Source: Tubiluchus corallicola (taxonomy: Eukaryota > Animalia > Priapulida). Taken from it: a stretch of DNA of 64,000 nucleotides. A program made the translations under genes and the position numbers. The notes under the pieces were generated by a model. The model was not told where the DNA came from. It worked only from the letters and a program-made list of their open reading frames with translations, and did not search any database. The DNA lies in the NCBI GenBank assembly GCA_030141605.1, contig JAQGDQ010000177.1, positions 186,001 through 250,000 on the forward strand. The letters are read 5' to 3'. This document shows positions 11,521 through 25,909 of the stretch, piece by piece (the stretch's first letter is position 1; each line of letters opens with the position of its first letter).

Positions 11521-12567
11521 ACTTAGTACACTCTTAACACATATTGGGTTAAATACTTGAGGCGTCAGTGAATCATCAGTGAATAGAGGAAAACAAAACA
11601 ACATCATCGTCCTCATAACATATGGAGCAAAGAGGTTAGTTGAGTACTGATGGTATTGACGGTATTGGTGCACAGTAAAAATGGAGCAGGAAAAAAAAGC
11701 ACAAATGGAAAATAGAAAAAATGGCACACTTTTACTTTATGCCTTTTGGGAAGACGGGAAACTTGGCTACAAGACTGGATAAGATCACAAATACGCCGGC
11801 CAGGGCGAATGGTTACGAGTTAGTTTCAGGTTCCGTTTCGAGCAATTCTCGCTAGGAAAAGCATGTAATGCTGTCTATAACATTTGCTTGGGTATGACTT
11901 TATAAGGTAACTTCAGTATGCAAATACGGCATTTTTGTCAGTTTGGGTCTATGTTATGATTGTGAAAATGGCCAAAGAATTGCAGACAAGCACTAGACAG
12001 GATGTTCATGTATACTGTAGATGAACAAAGTATTTTGTGTTTTTCTTCGCTAGTTTATATAAAAAAGTATTTTTCCTATCAAAAAAAGTCAGACTAGCAT
12101 CTCAACGTTTGTTTATTAACGTCTGCAGAGGTCTGCTTCCTATACTTGCTGCACTTTAGTTTAACATATGCGCTATTTTTTCCAAGTTTTCCATTTGTGC
12201 TCTTTTGGTGACAATGCGTTGGAGAGAGTTACAATGCCAATGAGTCGAGGGGTTAATACGACCACCTTCATATTAAAAAATCAAAATTATTTTACTATAA
12301 AAGAAAATTGTACCAAGTAACTTTAATTCAGCAGGTATTACATTATCGGCTAGAACTTTTGTTATTACGTTATGCGGTAATTTTTTATTGCATATAAGTT
12401 AATTTTATTACATTATCGGTTATTTGTTACGTTACTGATTGGTATTACAGCATCGATCTTTATATTATCAGTTGTAACAAGTCTGTTTTTAATGTTAAAT
12501 TGTACCTTGAATTAATAGATTACAGTTGTTTATTACGTAGATATAATTTCGTGTTGCTGTTTGAGTT

Positions 12568-13070
12568 GTGCTAACACGTAATTTAACTCATGCGTTGCTC
12601 TCTGTCAAGTCCTGACACGTATTTTAACTCATGCGTTGCTCTCTATCAAGCGCTAACACGTAATTTAACTCATGCGTTGCACTCTATCAAGTGCTAACGC
12701 GTAATTTAACTCATGCGTTGCTTTCTATCAAGTGCTAACACGTAATTTAACTCATGCGTTGCTCTCTATCAAGCGCTAATACGTAATTTCACTCATGCGT
12801 TGCTCTCTATCAAGTGCTAACACGTAATTTAACTCATGCGTTGCTCTCTATCAAGTGATAACACGTAATTTAACTCATGCGTTGCTCTCTATCAAGTGCT
12901 AACACGTAATTTAACTCATGCGTTGCTCTCTATCAAGTGCTAACACATAATTTAACTCATGCGTTGCTTTCTATCAAGTGCTAACACGTAATTTAACTCA
13001 TGCGTTGCTCTCTATCAAGTGCTAACACGTAATTTAACGTAATTTAACTCATGCGTGGTTCTCTATCAAA
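12568..13070. repeat. 41-bp minisatellite, about 12 copies
   Basis: Unit gtgctaacacgtaatttaactcatgcgttgctctctatcaa, head to tail, no spacers. Confidence 0.97.
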
Positions 13071-14719
13071 GCAGTTCAATCGTTCAACACGAAACGGCGA
13101 GAGACGCCTCCAGCTTGAATCACATTTTGTTTTCTGCCTAGCGCAGTATTGATCATCATGATCAGTGGCGATCATTAGGCTTAGAGTATTTTATTTCTTA
13201 CAGTTTTGAATTTCGTAAAAAAACTTGTGTGGGGTTTGACCACTGTCTATAATGAACGCCTAGAAGTAGTGTGAGTAGGCCTACTACATATGAGCAGCAA
13301 CACTCCAGTCAGCAGATACTGTAAGAAACAGTAACTCAGCCAAAAATATATAAGAGTTCGACACATGCTTATTAGCTCCCGTTATTCCGGATTCAACATA
13401 CGAGATGTACCCGTATTTGCCTATACGCGATTGAAACTCCTGGCGCGCTATTTAAAAGTTGAAACTGATGACGTAACGTAGATAAAAAAAACAAGAAGAG
13501 ACCTTATAATTGTGGAGAAATCCAAACTGAAATGCACTATTTGACTGACTGTCATTTAACAACTGAAACTAGAAGAATATTCAGCAATGTGAACTTTACA
13601 TCTCTAACGTCAATTATGAATAGCAATTTTGTATTTGAGATCTACTTTAACATTTTAGGAGCCTAAATAAGAAATGAATAAGAAAACACACTAATTTTTG
13701 TAAGTACAATAACTGAAGTATTGCATTCTGTAAAATACTGTAATCTCAACTCAGTCATTATCATACCTTTTTAATGACATTAAATGAAAATTTTGTTATT
13801 GTGAACTGTTTTTAACCTTTGCGTAAACTGTTGCTGTTTTCTGAAAAATGGAAAATTTTGGACAATGAAACGTTTCAATTCTGCTATCCCTCTGTTAAAG
13901 ATTATAAATATTAATTGTTTGGTCAATAAACTACTACTACTAGTACATTGATTCTTTAAGTACATTTTTGTAGACTAATGACAGATTTATGTAGGTCTTG
14001 ATTTTCTCCGCAACCACCGAACTATTTAGGACAAGCGAGTGAAATGACTCGTTATTCAAACCATTTTATCCTGGATCTTATCCTTGACTCCATGATTGTT
14101 ACCACTCTAAAGGTGGTAAAAAGTGTATATGGAAGTAGTTCTACTTACCAATTTCTTCCGCAGATAAGATTCTTGAAAATGTAACGGCATCTGTCATAAA
14201 ACCTCTGAAATCATATGTCATCCCTCTACGGGGTGTGGCGTCACAGAGTGTCACATATAGCTTTTTGCGAAAGTTGCGGCTAAGTACTGTTCCTGTGACA
14301 CTTCCACTTTCTGAGAAACATACAATTTTGATTTATAAACGGGAAAATGAAGCACTAACTTGGTCTCTTTGAATTTTCGAGACACCTAATTTAATGCCGC
14401 GCTTGCGCAGAAACAACCTGCAGTTCACTCAGTACTTCAAAAGTGTGTCGTTTAAAGTGGCGTTTATGTAACATGCGATGCGGATGCAGATGCGTTTTCC
14501 TATGCGGAATAGCCTACAAAAAACAATAGGAATAGCAGCAGAAAAAAATAACGCATACACAGGCTGCATAAACGCGTGCACTGAAAACAACATAAACCGA
14601 ATTTATCTATTCCAACCACTTAATGGCTGTTTTTGCCCAGCAATCGAAAGCAGTTTTTGTATCACAACATGAAGCTCAGAAGTGCTCCTGAGCCCGGATC
14701 TCTTCAGCAATTATTATAC

Positions 14720-15745
14720 TTTAGCATGTCACATGCATCACCTTTCTACTAGGTTTGCTACTACCCGATCTTATTTTGTTGAAAGATTTAATTCATCTAA
14801 AGGCCAGAATTCTTTAAAACATCAAGGATCTTTGCTGTAGAATCATTATCAGATCAATTAAAGTCAAGTAACTACAATAAGTTAAAGCTAAACTATAAAA
14901 AACAACTTTTTGCAGGGTACAAATGAATCAGATGTTTTAATTATGTACTTTGAATACCTACCGTATTTTCTCTTGTATAAGAGACCCTTTTTTGCTCAGA
15001 ATTTTCACTTTAAAAATAGGGGGTCTCTTATACATGGGAGTAAGTCTTTTCAATAAGATGCATAAATTGTGACACTAATGATTTTAAAGAAATAAGTGCT
15101 CTACAACTGTTTTATTTCGAATAATTATAGTTTCCTTTCAATAAATCTTCTCCATGGCTAAATTCTAATGATAAAATTAATGTACCGGGTAAGTTATTAT
15201 TTTTTTAAATGTCTCTTTGGTATTGGAGAGAAATCGATTGTTCTGCAGCCAATCAACGCATCTGCATAAGCTCTCTGCATGCCCGTCGACGTCATTGATA
15301 CGTCGGCAGAGGTCAACGAGATGAGTCAGCCTAAGCAAGGCGTGTCGCGTTCGACTATGAAGCGGTTGTAAGCAATACAAGCATCGTGATTCCTATGATG
15401 AATAAAGTTATTCATTACCAAAAAACTTTTTTCCAGAATTTTTGCCTAAAAATTGAAGGGGTCTCTTATACACAAGGGTCTCTTATACATGGGAAAATAC
15501 GGTATACATTTTTTCCATTGTTACAACACTTTAAGTTTTTGTTTAAGTTTTTGCTATATTTTGATTTCATTTTGTCTTATTTACAGTTGATTTAGTTTTT
15601 CAATGGTTTAATTTATTATATTCTCTTAGAATTGTAAATTTTTGGTTATTTAAATTATTATGTTCTACAGTATTACGTTTACCATCATGTATTCCTAATA
15701 CTGTATTTTGATAATTCTTGCGGAGTTAATAAATAAATTGAGTTG
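14720..15745 (+). mobile_element. CR1/L2-like LINE 3' fragment interrupted by a MITE
   Basis: Degenerate ORF2 end (STRFATT...KLKLNYKKQL), AT-rich 3' UTR and aataaa(ttgag) tail. Confidence 0.55.
14961..15502. mobile_element. Tc1/mariner (pogo-like) MITE
   Basis: TA|ccgtattttc...gaaaatacgg|TA; internal repeats of gtctcttatac. Confidence 0.88.
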
Positions 15746-16579
15746 AATAGAGCCCGTTTTACATTTTTGGCTTGGCAGACGGATCCCGCAAGGATCGTTT
15801 TTTGCTCTTTGTTGTGTTATTGTTCTCCTTTATTTTGTGGCACGCTCGCGATCATGGTGTAGTATTGTGTTACTCACGACAGATAATGACTGAAGTCAAC
15901 AAAAAACGCCTTGGGCTGCAGGTTAATTTCTAGCGTTTGTTTATTCAGAAGTTAAGGCACACTTTCTGACTTTACAGTCCAGAACTCAATGCTGTGACGG
16001 CGAATTTTTTTTCTACTATGCTAAACCCAAAACGTAATACTATAATAACGAATTGTTTACAGTGAGCCAAACATACGCCAAGACCCAGAGGCAGTTCGAT
16101 GTTTGCCTCCCTTACAAGCATAGTGTCGGTGATAGTCTGAGAGAGAGTGCCAGTCAGTCTGTTCAGCTCCCTGTTTCAGCTCTTTTTTTCTACAAGACAG
16201 CCACTAGGCCTCGCGAAACCAGGAAATAAAACCAGATTTTTTTTCTAGTTGTTCCAGTTAGTGCAAATACTAGGTCAACGTCCCAGTTCTGTAGTTCCGT
16301 GCTTGGCAGCTGTGCCCCACTGAGGTACACATACAAGATCGTAGAAAAAAGCATAAAACTGAGAAATACAAAATTGTAGAGGGAATCAATAACAGCTAGA
16401 ATTTTGCTCTTGCTTTCGTATTATAAGATGTCTTACGTATATGCTGACGACAAATCTATATTAGGTGAACAATAATCACGAACTCCTTAGTTACACATGT
16501 TCAATTAAACAGTTAATTTTTACTCCTCCCCAAGAAATCTACAAATTTTACAAGCATCTCTGCATAATTTTACTTTTAA

Positions 16580-17037
16580 AGGCCTATATGACCCCAACAG
16601 GCATTGAAGTATTTTTAACGCATTACAATGATTACACAAAGAATTCATAGTTATTATTAAACAAAAGAGACATAAGTTAAATAACTTGTCTTTTTCTGGC
16701 AAATTTCGAACGAGTGCATTGCGGTAAAGATCGCCATATTTCGCGTCCTTGGCGCGAGTGAGCGAGAATGACGTACGCAATGCAGAAAGCGTCTTTGGTC
16801 ATCTACGTTTGTTTACCGATCTTTGATGACCTCGTTACTGTACTCATAACGTTGTTCGTCTCGTGCAACGAAAAATGGCCGTTCTTCAAATTTAGTATCG
16901 CTGACAACGAAGTAATAAAAAAATCAAAAGAAACAAGTTTTGCAGTAAGTTTACACAAAAAATAAATTGAATATTCGTAATGATAGCAGGATTTTATGTT
17001 GCAACAGTTTGTGTTATAGTGAGAGTTCAGTTTGACT
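16580..17037. mobile_element. TTAA-flanked non-autonomous DNA element (Kolobok-like); inverted copy at 47217-47670
   Basis: Full-length reverse-complement similarity between the two copies; ttaa|agg...act termini. Confidence 0.8.
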
Positions 17038-17328
17038 TCAAGTTGTAATTGTGCGTTTTTTGAGCAAGCTATAAAGAAATTAAATACCTAAATAAGCAGT
17101 TAGCTTCCAACCTGTGATGACTAAAATTCCGGCAAAAAATGTCGCTTCGCATTTATTTGCATTTGCATTAACAGTTTTACCTTAACAGATAGCTCCCATT
17201 AGTAGAAAATTAGTTGTTCTACTGTTCTAAACATGTATTAATGTCATTCTTCTCTTAGTGCAGTACCTTAGCCTGAACAGTCACTGGTCTTGTTTAGGCT
17301 GATGCCCAATACAAAGAAACTTTATAGC

Positions 17329-17719
17329 CAAGGCCGGATTTCGATCTTTTTGGGCCCAAAAGATAATGAAATTATGGGCCCCTCAGACGGAGCCACCCTG
17401 TAGCTCACCCGCACCCTTCTTCAATATTTTTTACTCGTAATATCATAACATCATATTTTAGCGACATTCACATAGCTTGAAGTAAATTTATTGCAAACAA
17501 TTTTTTTAAGTAAACTGGAATAGTTACCTTACAAGCCAATAAACATATTCTTTAAAAATGCCCATTAGTTTGCTGTTTATTGCAACCCAAATTATCATAT
17601 GTTTCAACAACACAAAGTATTTTTTATACCAACTGTTAAAAAAGCGTGAGATCCCAACCTTGAGTGGCTATAGACTGCAGCCTATACTAGCCTATATAGC
17701 AATGCCTGATTCTGCCCTG
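17329..17719. mobile_element. hAT MITE, same family as 36426-36779
   Basis: caaggccggatt...attctgccctg; shares ggcccctcagacggag and ctgcagccta. Confidence 0.75.
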
Positions 17720-18647
17720 ATTACAGCCGTCAATTCTGCTCAACGTAGTTTTCCATACATTGAATGTCTGTTTGCAAATATACTTACGTTCGAGTTCTCC
17801 ATCTATGAAGATCTGAAAGTCACCTGCCGTTGTTTCATAGGTGAAGCAAAAGTGATGCCAGTGACCATCTGTCAGTAGTCGTCCCAAATCATCAAAACGC
17901 CTGTTCAAAAGGACAATGTAGTAGAACTATTAAATCAATGGTGTGTACTTCGCTCCCAACACCAGTACTTTGATGTAAATATGAAATCTGCTTCATTTCA
18001 CAAGCAATTTGTTACAGAAATATCTTGCTTTCGTTTAGGTAGATGCAATCATTCTGAGGTGAGCAAATTATGTTAACTAATGTTATCTAATCTGCGAAAT
18101 GTTTACTTAAATTTTATTCTACCCCCAATTTTTTTGGAAGCGAAGGAACTATGTGCAGTGGACTTTACTGACTAATTAAAAGTACCAAATAAAGTAAAGT
18201 GATTTTAGTACTGGAAGGTTTTATATGATTTTCCGCTTTTAAACTATTTCTGCAGCTACCTTTAAAACAGTTTTTTATTGATAATTACGTCATTACAAAA
18301 AAGTTTAGTAAAAGGATAAAAATGACGTACCCAAGTTCTGCATTAGTGTCATCATCAACAAAAAATCGGAAGTCGTTAATCCCAGCAATCGCTTCAATTT
18401 CAAAAAAAGGCGAATTTGTGGAGACGCGAACCAACGTCTGAGGAAAAGGTCTGAAAGGTGCTGGAAAAGATCTCAACCACTGAAAATAATGAAAGTTTCT
18501 TCTTAAACGCATGCACTCTACACCGAGTCACACAAAATTATTGTCAAGAATTATCTAGTCAGCTAAAATGTTTCTTGAATTCCTTCACTAATTTATGTAA
18601 TAAAGTAATGATTGGTATTCATCTACCTCATAAAGGATACCTTGATT

Positions 18648-19051
<404 letters not shown>

Positions 19052-19768
19052 GCAATTTATTTTGACAGCTTCGACAAAAAATGGTAGACCTACAATATGA
19101 CAATCACAGATGTCATGATGACTGCCACTCAAGCACATCAGAAAAGTTCTCATTGGGAAGCCATAGCAGAGCCTTGTCCAAAGAAGATTAGTTTCTCCTG
19201 CCCTTGGTGCTACGATTTTGTTCTCTTGCACGTTTTTGCACGTTGTTATTTTTTTCGTTCAAATCAACAAACAGTTGAACATAAAATAAAATGTGAAGTG
19301 AAACTACCACACAGAAGGTGATTTTAGTGATGGTGTGCGCAGACGTTCCGCAGAATTCAGCGTTATTAGGTTCGTCATAGCGGCCTCGTGAAAATCCTGT
19401 ATGTAGGGTCATAAAGCCGTCTAATGAATTGCACGGTACAAAATCAGCTGAAAAACACAAAGAAATAAGTGCTTTTCTACACATCGAGTCTTCGATTATC
19501 AGATAAAACATATTAAATTAGATCCATCGAAACGGTTGCCATTTTTTGTACTAGATTTTATCAGAGCTGCACAAATCTTTGAAACATAGAATAATGTAAA
19601 TACATTATTTACAATTAGGATCTTTATCTTGTTTGCACTAATTGCTATACTTTAGTTCTTGAAGTTATACTGACATAACGTGTAAACCAAATATGAGAAT
19701 TTTAGATAGATGGCAGCTATGTTGTTAGGTGATGTACTATTTCCACTGGTAAAATGATAGACTGGCGA

Positions 19769-19898
<130 letters not shown>

Positions 19899-20054
19899 AA
19901 ACAAATATACACAAGAAGGTGTCTGTTTGCAGGGAGTTGTTTACATGTAAATAAAATTTGAATATACATGTATTAAGATTTGTCACAAATATGGAGTTAT
20001 ATAAATAAAAGGTTGAGTGATAAAGTTACACAAACGCACACGGCATTAATTTAA

Positions 20055-20590
20055 AGGAAAACCGGATGATTGTGTAAACACGAGTTCAGAATAAAGAATG
20101 CTCTAAAATATTGAAAACTACAATAGCTTTTTTAAATCAAAGCTTAGATTAAATAATAATTACCTCGGATACAAATTTCGTTGAACTTTCAAAGCTACGC
20201 GCGGCTCAGTGAATCTACTAAGATTGGCAGCGGCGCCTTTTTGTCACGTGCGCGTGACCGAAAAATAGAAGGCGGTACCGTGATAAACCATGATCATGAA
20301 CTGCTGTGTTAGTTTCATGACGTCATATGATGTAAAGCCCATCATGCGTTTAAGCAGCACTGCAACACCTATGCAAATGTGCTTGACGCGCAAGGGAAGA
20401 TGCCTGCCATTGCACCAACTTTGGTTAGTTCCTGACGTAGGCAATAGCTGCGTTCGGTTGCCGTTAATTTACTTTCTAAGCTATTTATTCAATTATAAGG
20501 AACAATTGTTAACTTTTATAGGCAGGAAAAGGTGTATTTTGGACAGTAAATTAAAATGAGATTGAGTCTAAACAATCGTCCGGTCTTCCT
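20055..20590. mobile_element. Kolobok-like MITE; second copy at 62432-62978
   Basis: ttaa|aggaaaaccggatgattgt...acaatcgtccggtcttcct; colinear second copy. Confidence 0.85.
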
Positions 20591-21262
20591 TTCAAAATAA
20601 AGAAAGCTGACTGGCACACAACACTAATGCAGATTACATTTACAATGTTGATTGTGCAATTTTTATAGGCCTAATTTGTTTAACAGAAATTTCAATACAT
20701 AGCTACCAAAATATATGGGGAGTAGATTGACAGATACCAAAACAGACGCATCAATCAGTTAATAATTTAGTTGAACAAAGTTGGCTTACATACATAATTA
20801 GTACAGGACTTAACTTCAGTTTCGTTTGTAAAAATACGGGCAATTTAGTCGTGTTTAGTAGGACTGTTCTTTCATTTCACAGATATTGAATTTTACGGAA
20901 TGTAGATGACATATAACATATAGGCGAAATAACACACTGGGGAAGTTATAGATAACCAAAGTGATGTACTGAGGAAATGGCACACAAGTGAAACGCAATC
21001 GCTAGGATACCTGTGTACTTACGTTCATAGTCTGCAGCTTGAATGCTTCCGAGACTTCCAGCGAGTATGAACAGGATCTATAAAATTTTATTTATATTTT
21101 AAATCAGATTTCACAGACTACATACAATTCTTATTTCGTTTCATTTTATGAACACCAGTTTCAAGAAGGTCAACCTTGCATTTTCTGGTGCAGATTTAGC
21201 AACTGTGAAAAGGCTTATTCTGTAATACCAAAACACATTAAAAAAAATATTACTCTTTAAAC

Positions 21263-21641
21263 AATAAGCCTTTTCATAGTTGCGTTGTGTGCACGCGCAG
21301 TTGCTGTAGGTCAAAGGTTAAGTGTACTACAGCAACGCGTCTGAACTACAGTCGTCATGTGACATGTGAGTAACACAAAGCATTAGTTCAGTACTTCAGT
21401 TGTTTTACGTGAACTTTACTTAATTATGCATTAGTCTGTGTACAGAGTGATTTATTAGCAGAATCTTGCTTGGGAACAAGGAAAAATGAAGTAAGTAAGG
21501 TTCTAATTAACTGGTAAAACTGTTACTATTACAATACGCTACGAGGCGTTGTCAAGTGTACACAAATGTGTTGTCTGGTACACTTAACCTCTGCCCTTTT
21601 AACGATCAACATCAATCGCTGGAACTGTGAAAAGGCTTATT
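21263..21641. mobile_element. MITE with TIR AATAAGCCTTTTCAYAGTT; second copy at 52216-52602
   Basis: 19-bp TIRs plus inner inverted arms; an orphan TIR sits at 21201-21219. Confidence 0.88.
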
Positions 21642-21644
21642 AGC

Positions 21645-22085
21645 CTAACATCTATATTTATGTACAGCAGTGAAAATTGGGGTTTAACGATTACTCAAAA
21701 AAGCAGATTGACACATTTCATAGAAGTCTTCTTAGGAAAGTTTTAAAGACAAGATGCCCATACATAATCAAAAATGAAGACTTATACACCAGAACAAAAG
21801 AAATTTATTGGAGTTCAAATGTCAAGATCCGAAGATTAAGATGGCTAGGACATGAAGCACCAGTAAGCATCGCCTTAAAGGAAGCCTTAAAACCTTGCAA
21901 AAAACCACCTGGTAAACCTAAAGCAACTTGGATAACTAAGATAAATAAAGATGTTCAACAACTTCAACCAAATCTGGCTTTAGGAGTAGAAGAACTTACG
22001 CTGTTAGCTGCAGAGAGGAGTGGGTGGAATACTCTGATAAATGTTGATACCTCAATGCCTACAACAGATGGAATGAGACGTATAA
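21645..22085 (+). mobile_element. RTE/RTEX-group LINE 3' fragment
   Basis: IDTFHRSLLRKVL...KIRRLRWLGH...PGKPKATW...AAERSGW; inverted copy at 44575-44962. Confidence 0.88.
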
Positions 22086-23457
22086 GCGTAGGTATGTTTG
22101 ATGTGCAGCAAAGAACTGAAATGTGCCTAGAAAAATCCTGTAACGTAACAAATTTTTCATCTTTCCATGTTACTTAACTGCTAAATTTTGCTGTTTTAAT
22201 CATTTTATGGTCGAGTCAGTACATTTAAATATTTGCTCTGTCAGTTAAAAAAATTAAAAGTAAGAAATCTAAAAATGGGAATGTAAAATGCAGAAATTTT
22301 AACAATACATCTTTTGCTTGTTGTAACTGTGTTGTGAAACTTTTCTATCGAAAAAGCAGGAAGTGATTTGATTTGCGAAACGAAACCCGTCCGAAAAAAA
22401 ACACGCCGTGACAACTAGATTACTTATGAACCAGTGATTAAGGCAGGTCTGAATTCAATTGCTATATCTCATCAATTCAACATTTCAAGGTTTTAGTTCG
22501 TTTACTCACCGTAGAATGGAGTAATTAAATTAATAATTGAATATAATTTAGAGGCTCAAGTGATCTGCTGGGAATTAAATGTTATTATGATTACTTATTA
22601 CTGATGGGATGAACCAACAATTACAGAATTAAGAAACCGAAGATGTGTGAATTTTTCACATTTCCAGTTGTACATGAACTTAATTTTAAAACTCAACTCC
22701 CATTTATTTATCCATTACTAGTAAGTAATATCGTTATTATACTTAGAAAATGATTATTTCGTATATGTAAATACAGTAAAAAATTACCAACTGAAACGAC
22801 CCAATCAGTAACAAATTTGCGCAACTAAGCATTGTAATAAGCACTTTTTGTTGTACTCCCACTATGAAGAACTTGCACAGTTGCTTTGAATGAAGTAATG
22901 TGTTCGTAGTAAAAACTTTAATACAGACAAACTCATGCGTAGTAGCGGCTGGATTAGCGGTCAGGCGAAACATGTCAAACTGGACACGGTTATTCTAGTG
23001 AGTTTAAGCTAAATGGTTCTTTTCTTCATGCAAATTTAGCTTTTGTTATATTCTTCACTTCCGTGTATTTGAGCCACTTGCGTTTCACTTTACGTAAAAA
23101 CTCTTATCATCACATGTAGTAAAATCATCTACATCACATAGTAAAATTTAAACAGCGCCATAATAAAAGCATTTCAAAAACTAGTAGTTTACGCGAGTTT
23201 GTAGATAGGTGACCTATCCAAAAATCACAATTTTTAAATAAAATGATACACAGTTGGCATAAAATTTCGTGTATCCAATTGCTTTGCCCTATTAGCGAAC
23301 TGCATTTCACACGCGTGAAGTTAGAAGCCTATCAGAATCCTTGTTTTACTTTTCAGAATAACTGCAGAAATTTTATTCATTAAACGCATATTACATTATT
23401 GATGTTAAGTTAGTGTGATGCTCTATACAATTAAAATTCAACGAAAGCTCAACAGGC

Positions 23458-23590
23458 ACCGGGTGGCGTAGCTCAATGGTAGCCTGCTTGTTTCTTAACC
23501 GGGAGGCTGGGTGTTCAACTCCGACTCATACCAAAGACTTAAAAATGGTGTCGCTGGTTGTGTTCGACCAAGCACGCGGGTTTGTCAAAA
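23458..23590 (+). mobile_element. tRNA-headed SINE with a Meta-like central domain, truncated
   Basis: A box tagctcaatgg, B box gttcaactcc, then cataccaaagacttaaaaatggt resembling the MetaSINE core. Confidence 0.7.
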
Positions 23591-24012
23591 TTGTTGTAGT
23601 AGTAGTGGTACAATCTTTATTTGCCATTTTAAAAACATTGGCCATCATAATAAAGGACAGACAAATTAGTTCATATAAAAACATACACTATTCTAGGCAA
23701 ATGCGTCTGGTGCAAGCTAAACTACAAGTGCAACTAGAAATTCAAAAATAAAATATTAACTAATTTAGTAAGGTCTGGGAAAAATGAAATTATGATTTGA
23801 GTAAGTATCATTGTGTTCGTATGTTGGATATTCAAAACGAGTCATTAAATGTTTTTTTTTAATTTAGACTTAATATTAGTAAAGAGCTGCTGTGTTTTAG
23901 TGATGTCGGTAATGAATTCCAAAGTTGTATTGCTTGCTTAGTAATGGAATTCTTTCCACCTTGATTGTTCGTTCTAATGTTTTTTAAATTTAGTGTTCTG
24001 TTATTCATACTA
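23591..24012 (-). mobile_element. LINE 3' end, close copy of about 9600-10020
   Basis: Reverse complement matches the 9.6-10.0 kb element, including 3' UTR and tail. Confidence 0.9.
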
Positions 24013-24834
24013 ATAACTAATACAGTTCATAAGTAACATATGTGGGTAAAATTAATCGAGACCACCTTGGAAATAAGTATTGAGTTACTTAAGGTATTAT
24101 GTCCTAAAGAAATCATTACTATTATTCTTAACTGGAAATAAGTATTGAGTTACTTAAGGTGTTACCCCTGGACTATGTCCTAAAAGAAATTATTATTATT
24201 ATTATCTAGCGTTCTAATTCCGTTTGATCAGACGACGGAATATCGGAGATCGGAATATTAATGATCGGAGAACACTTTCTTCACGTTTACCCTATTTGTA
24301 GGTGCCTTTTCCTTATTACAGTCTACCGTAGAATTGTACAAATGCTTGTGTTTTCAACAAATACAATAAAAATGAAATTTAGTCTCGGTATTTGTGTTTT
24401 ATTGGTTATTCTAGTATTAGCGATGATGGAAATTTATCTTACGTCGAATTTTCATGGATTTTTTAATAATAGTGTGTTAAATGTTATTTTTAGTAGATAG
24501 CTAATGTATCAATTTGTTACAGCTTTGAAAATAACTCACCTATGGTAATTTCTTTTTTACTAAATGTTTGGCATCATTCACTTTTAATTAATGTACATAG
24601 TCAATATTTTTCTAATCAATATATGTAATCATCATTTTTAATGAATGTATGTAAGCATAGTTTTTTAATCAATTTGTATGGTATCACTTCGAAAATGCTG
24701 TATAAGAAATCAGAGGATTGCTATCTAGCCTATAAAAACATCTGACTGTACATAGTTACATGGTGCTTAGCGTAATTTTAATTTTATAGTAATGGGATGA
24801 AACTGGTTATAGAAGATTATCACAGTGTTGCAAC

Positions 24835-25165
24835 CTCAAGTCGGGTCAGTAAACGGAAGTGGGACCACTGGGAAAATTTCTGCTAAACAGTTTCATTTCC
24901 CCCCTGTTATTTACGCTGCTGTGTGAGGGTGTTTGTGAATTCGAATGTAACCAAAATACCTCTGCTGGTTCAGTGCCTCATTTTAGCATGCTAGCCTTCA
25001 TGGATAGGTAAGTTCCGGTCCCTTCACAACCACCTTCATGAAGTGGGTTCTATCAATGATTGTTGGATACGAATGGACGCTTGCAGAGTGACCAACTGTA
25101 CAAGAAAATGGGACATTACCTTCTTATAGCAGTCTCAGCTAACTTTTCAGGTTATGGACGAATAA
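24835..25165 (+). mobile_element. Putative SINE with a Nin/Deu-like central domain
   Basis: GC-richer island with ataggtaagttccggtccc...accacc and gcagtctcagc motifs recalled from Nin/Deu SINEs; head degenerate. Confidence 0.35.
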
Positions 25166-25418
25166 CTTTATTGTATGTCAAAAAATTAAATGCCAGAACC
25201 ATGTCAGTCAATCATTATTATTGAAAAACAACCACGTTGATTTATTAGCATTGACGTTAAAGCACTCATTTGTCAATGCAAAATAATAAAGAAATAAACC
25301 AATTTACATCATGGTCTTAATAACTCTTGATAAGAAGAACTGAATCATTTAAGTTAATTAAAATCCATAAAATAAGGATATGATGCAAAGGTTTTGTGGC
25401 TGGGAAATCCAAGCTTTA

Positions 25419-25740
25419 CCAAGAAAGCAAACACCGTCACCCAAATATAGAGAGACATTATACACATTTTTATTTGCCGAACGTTTCGGTATTTAGCAAC
25501 GCTATAATCATAGTGGAACAAAGTTTGAAGCCTCCAAGTATATTAGATATATAAGTTTATAGTTACGTAATTATGTAATTGTATTTATGTAACCCTACAA
25601 CAGAATATATTTGCAGGCTTCATGCCACGTTCTGCCTATAATTAAGGTCTTGCTAAATCCTGAAACGTTCGTCAAATAAGAATGTCTGAATGTGAATAAT
25701 GTTCTTCTACATTTGGGTGCTGGTGTTTACTTTCTTGGTA
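25419..25740. mobile_element. Inverted pair of Penelope-like pLTR remnants
   Basis: About 100-bp inverted arms containing ccgaacgtttcgg / tgaaacgttcg with an adjacent aataa. Confidence 0.6.
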
Positions 25741-25909
25741 CATACTTTCAGTCTACTGAGATAATGTCGATTCGCATTTAATTAGTAACTCCAACATCAT
25801 GATAATCAAAAGTATGGTATTTTAGTGATTTAGGGGGTGCTTTATTGGCCAGTTTTGCATCTGATCGTATGATCCGTGGACAGTGATGTAGTAACAGTTT
25901 CTGGAGTCC

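Noticed and set aside
12568-13070. 41-bp repeat array as CRISPR
   Set aside because: Units are contiguous with no unique spacers, there are no cas genes, and the context is eukaryotic.
23458-23530. tRNA gene (also 32350-32415 on the minus strand and about 61550-61610)
   Set aside because: A/B boxes are present but there is no complete cloverleaf; these are SINE heads.
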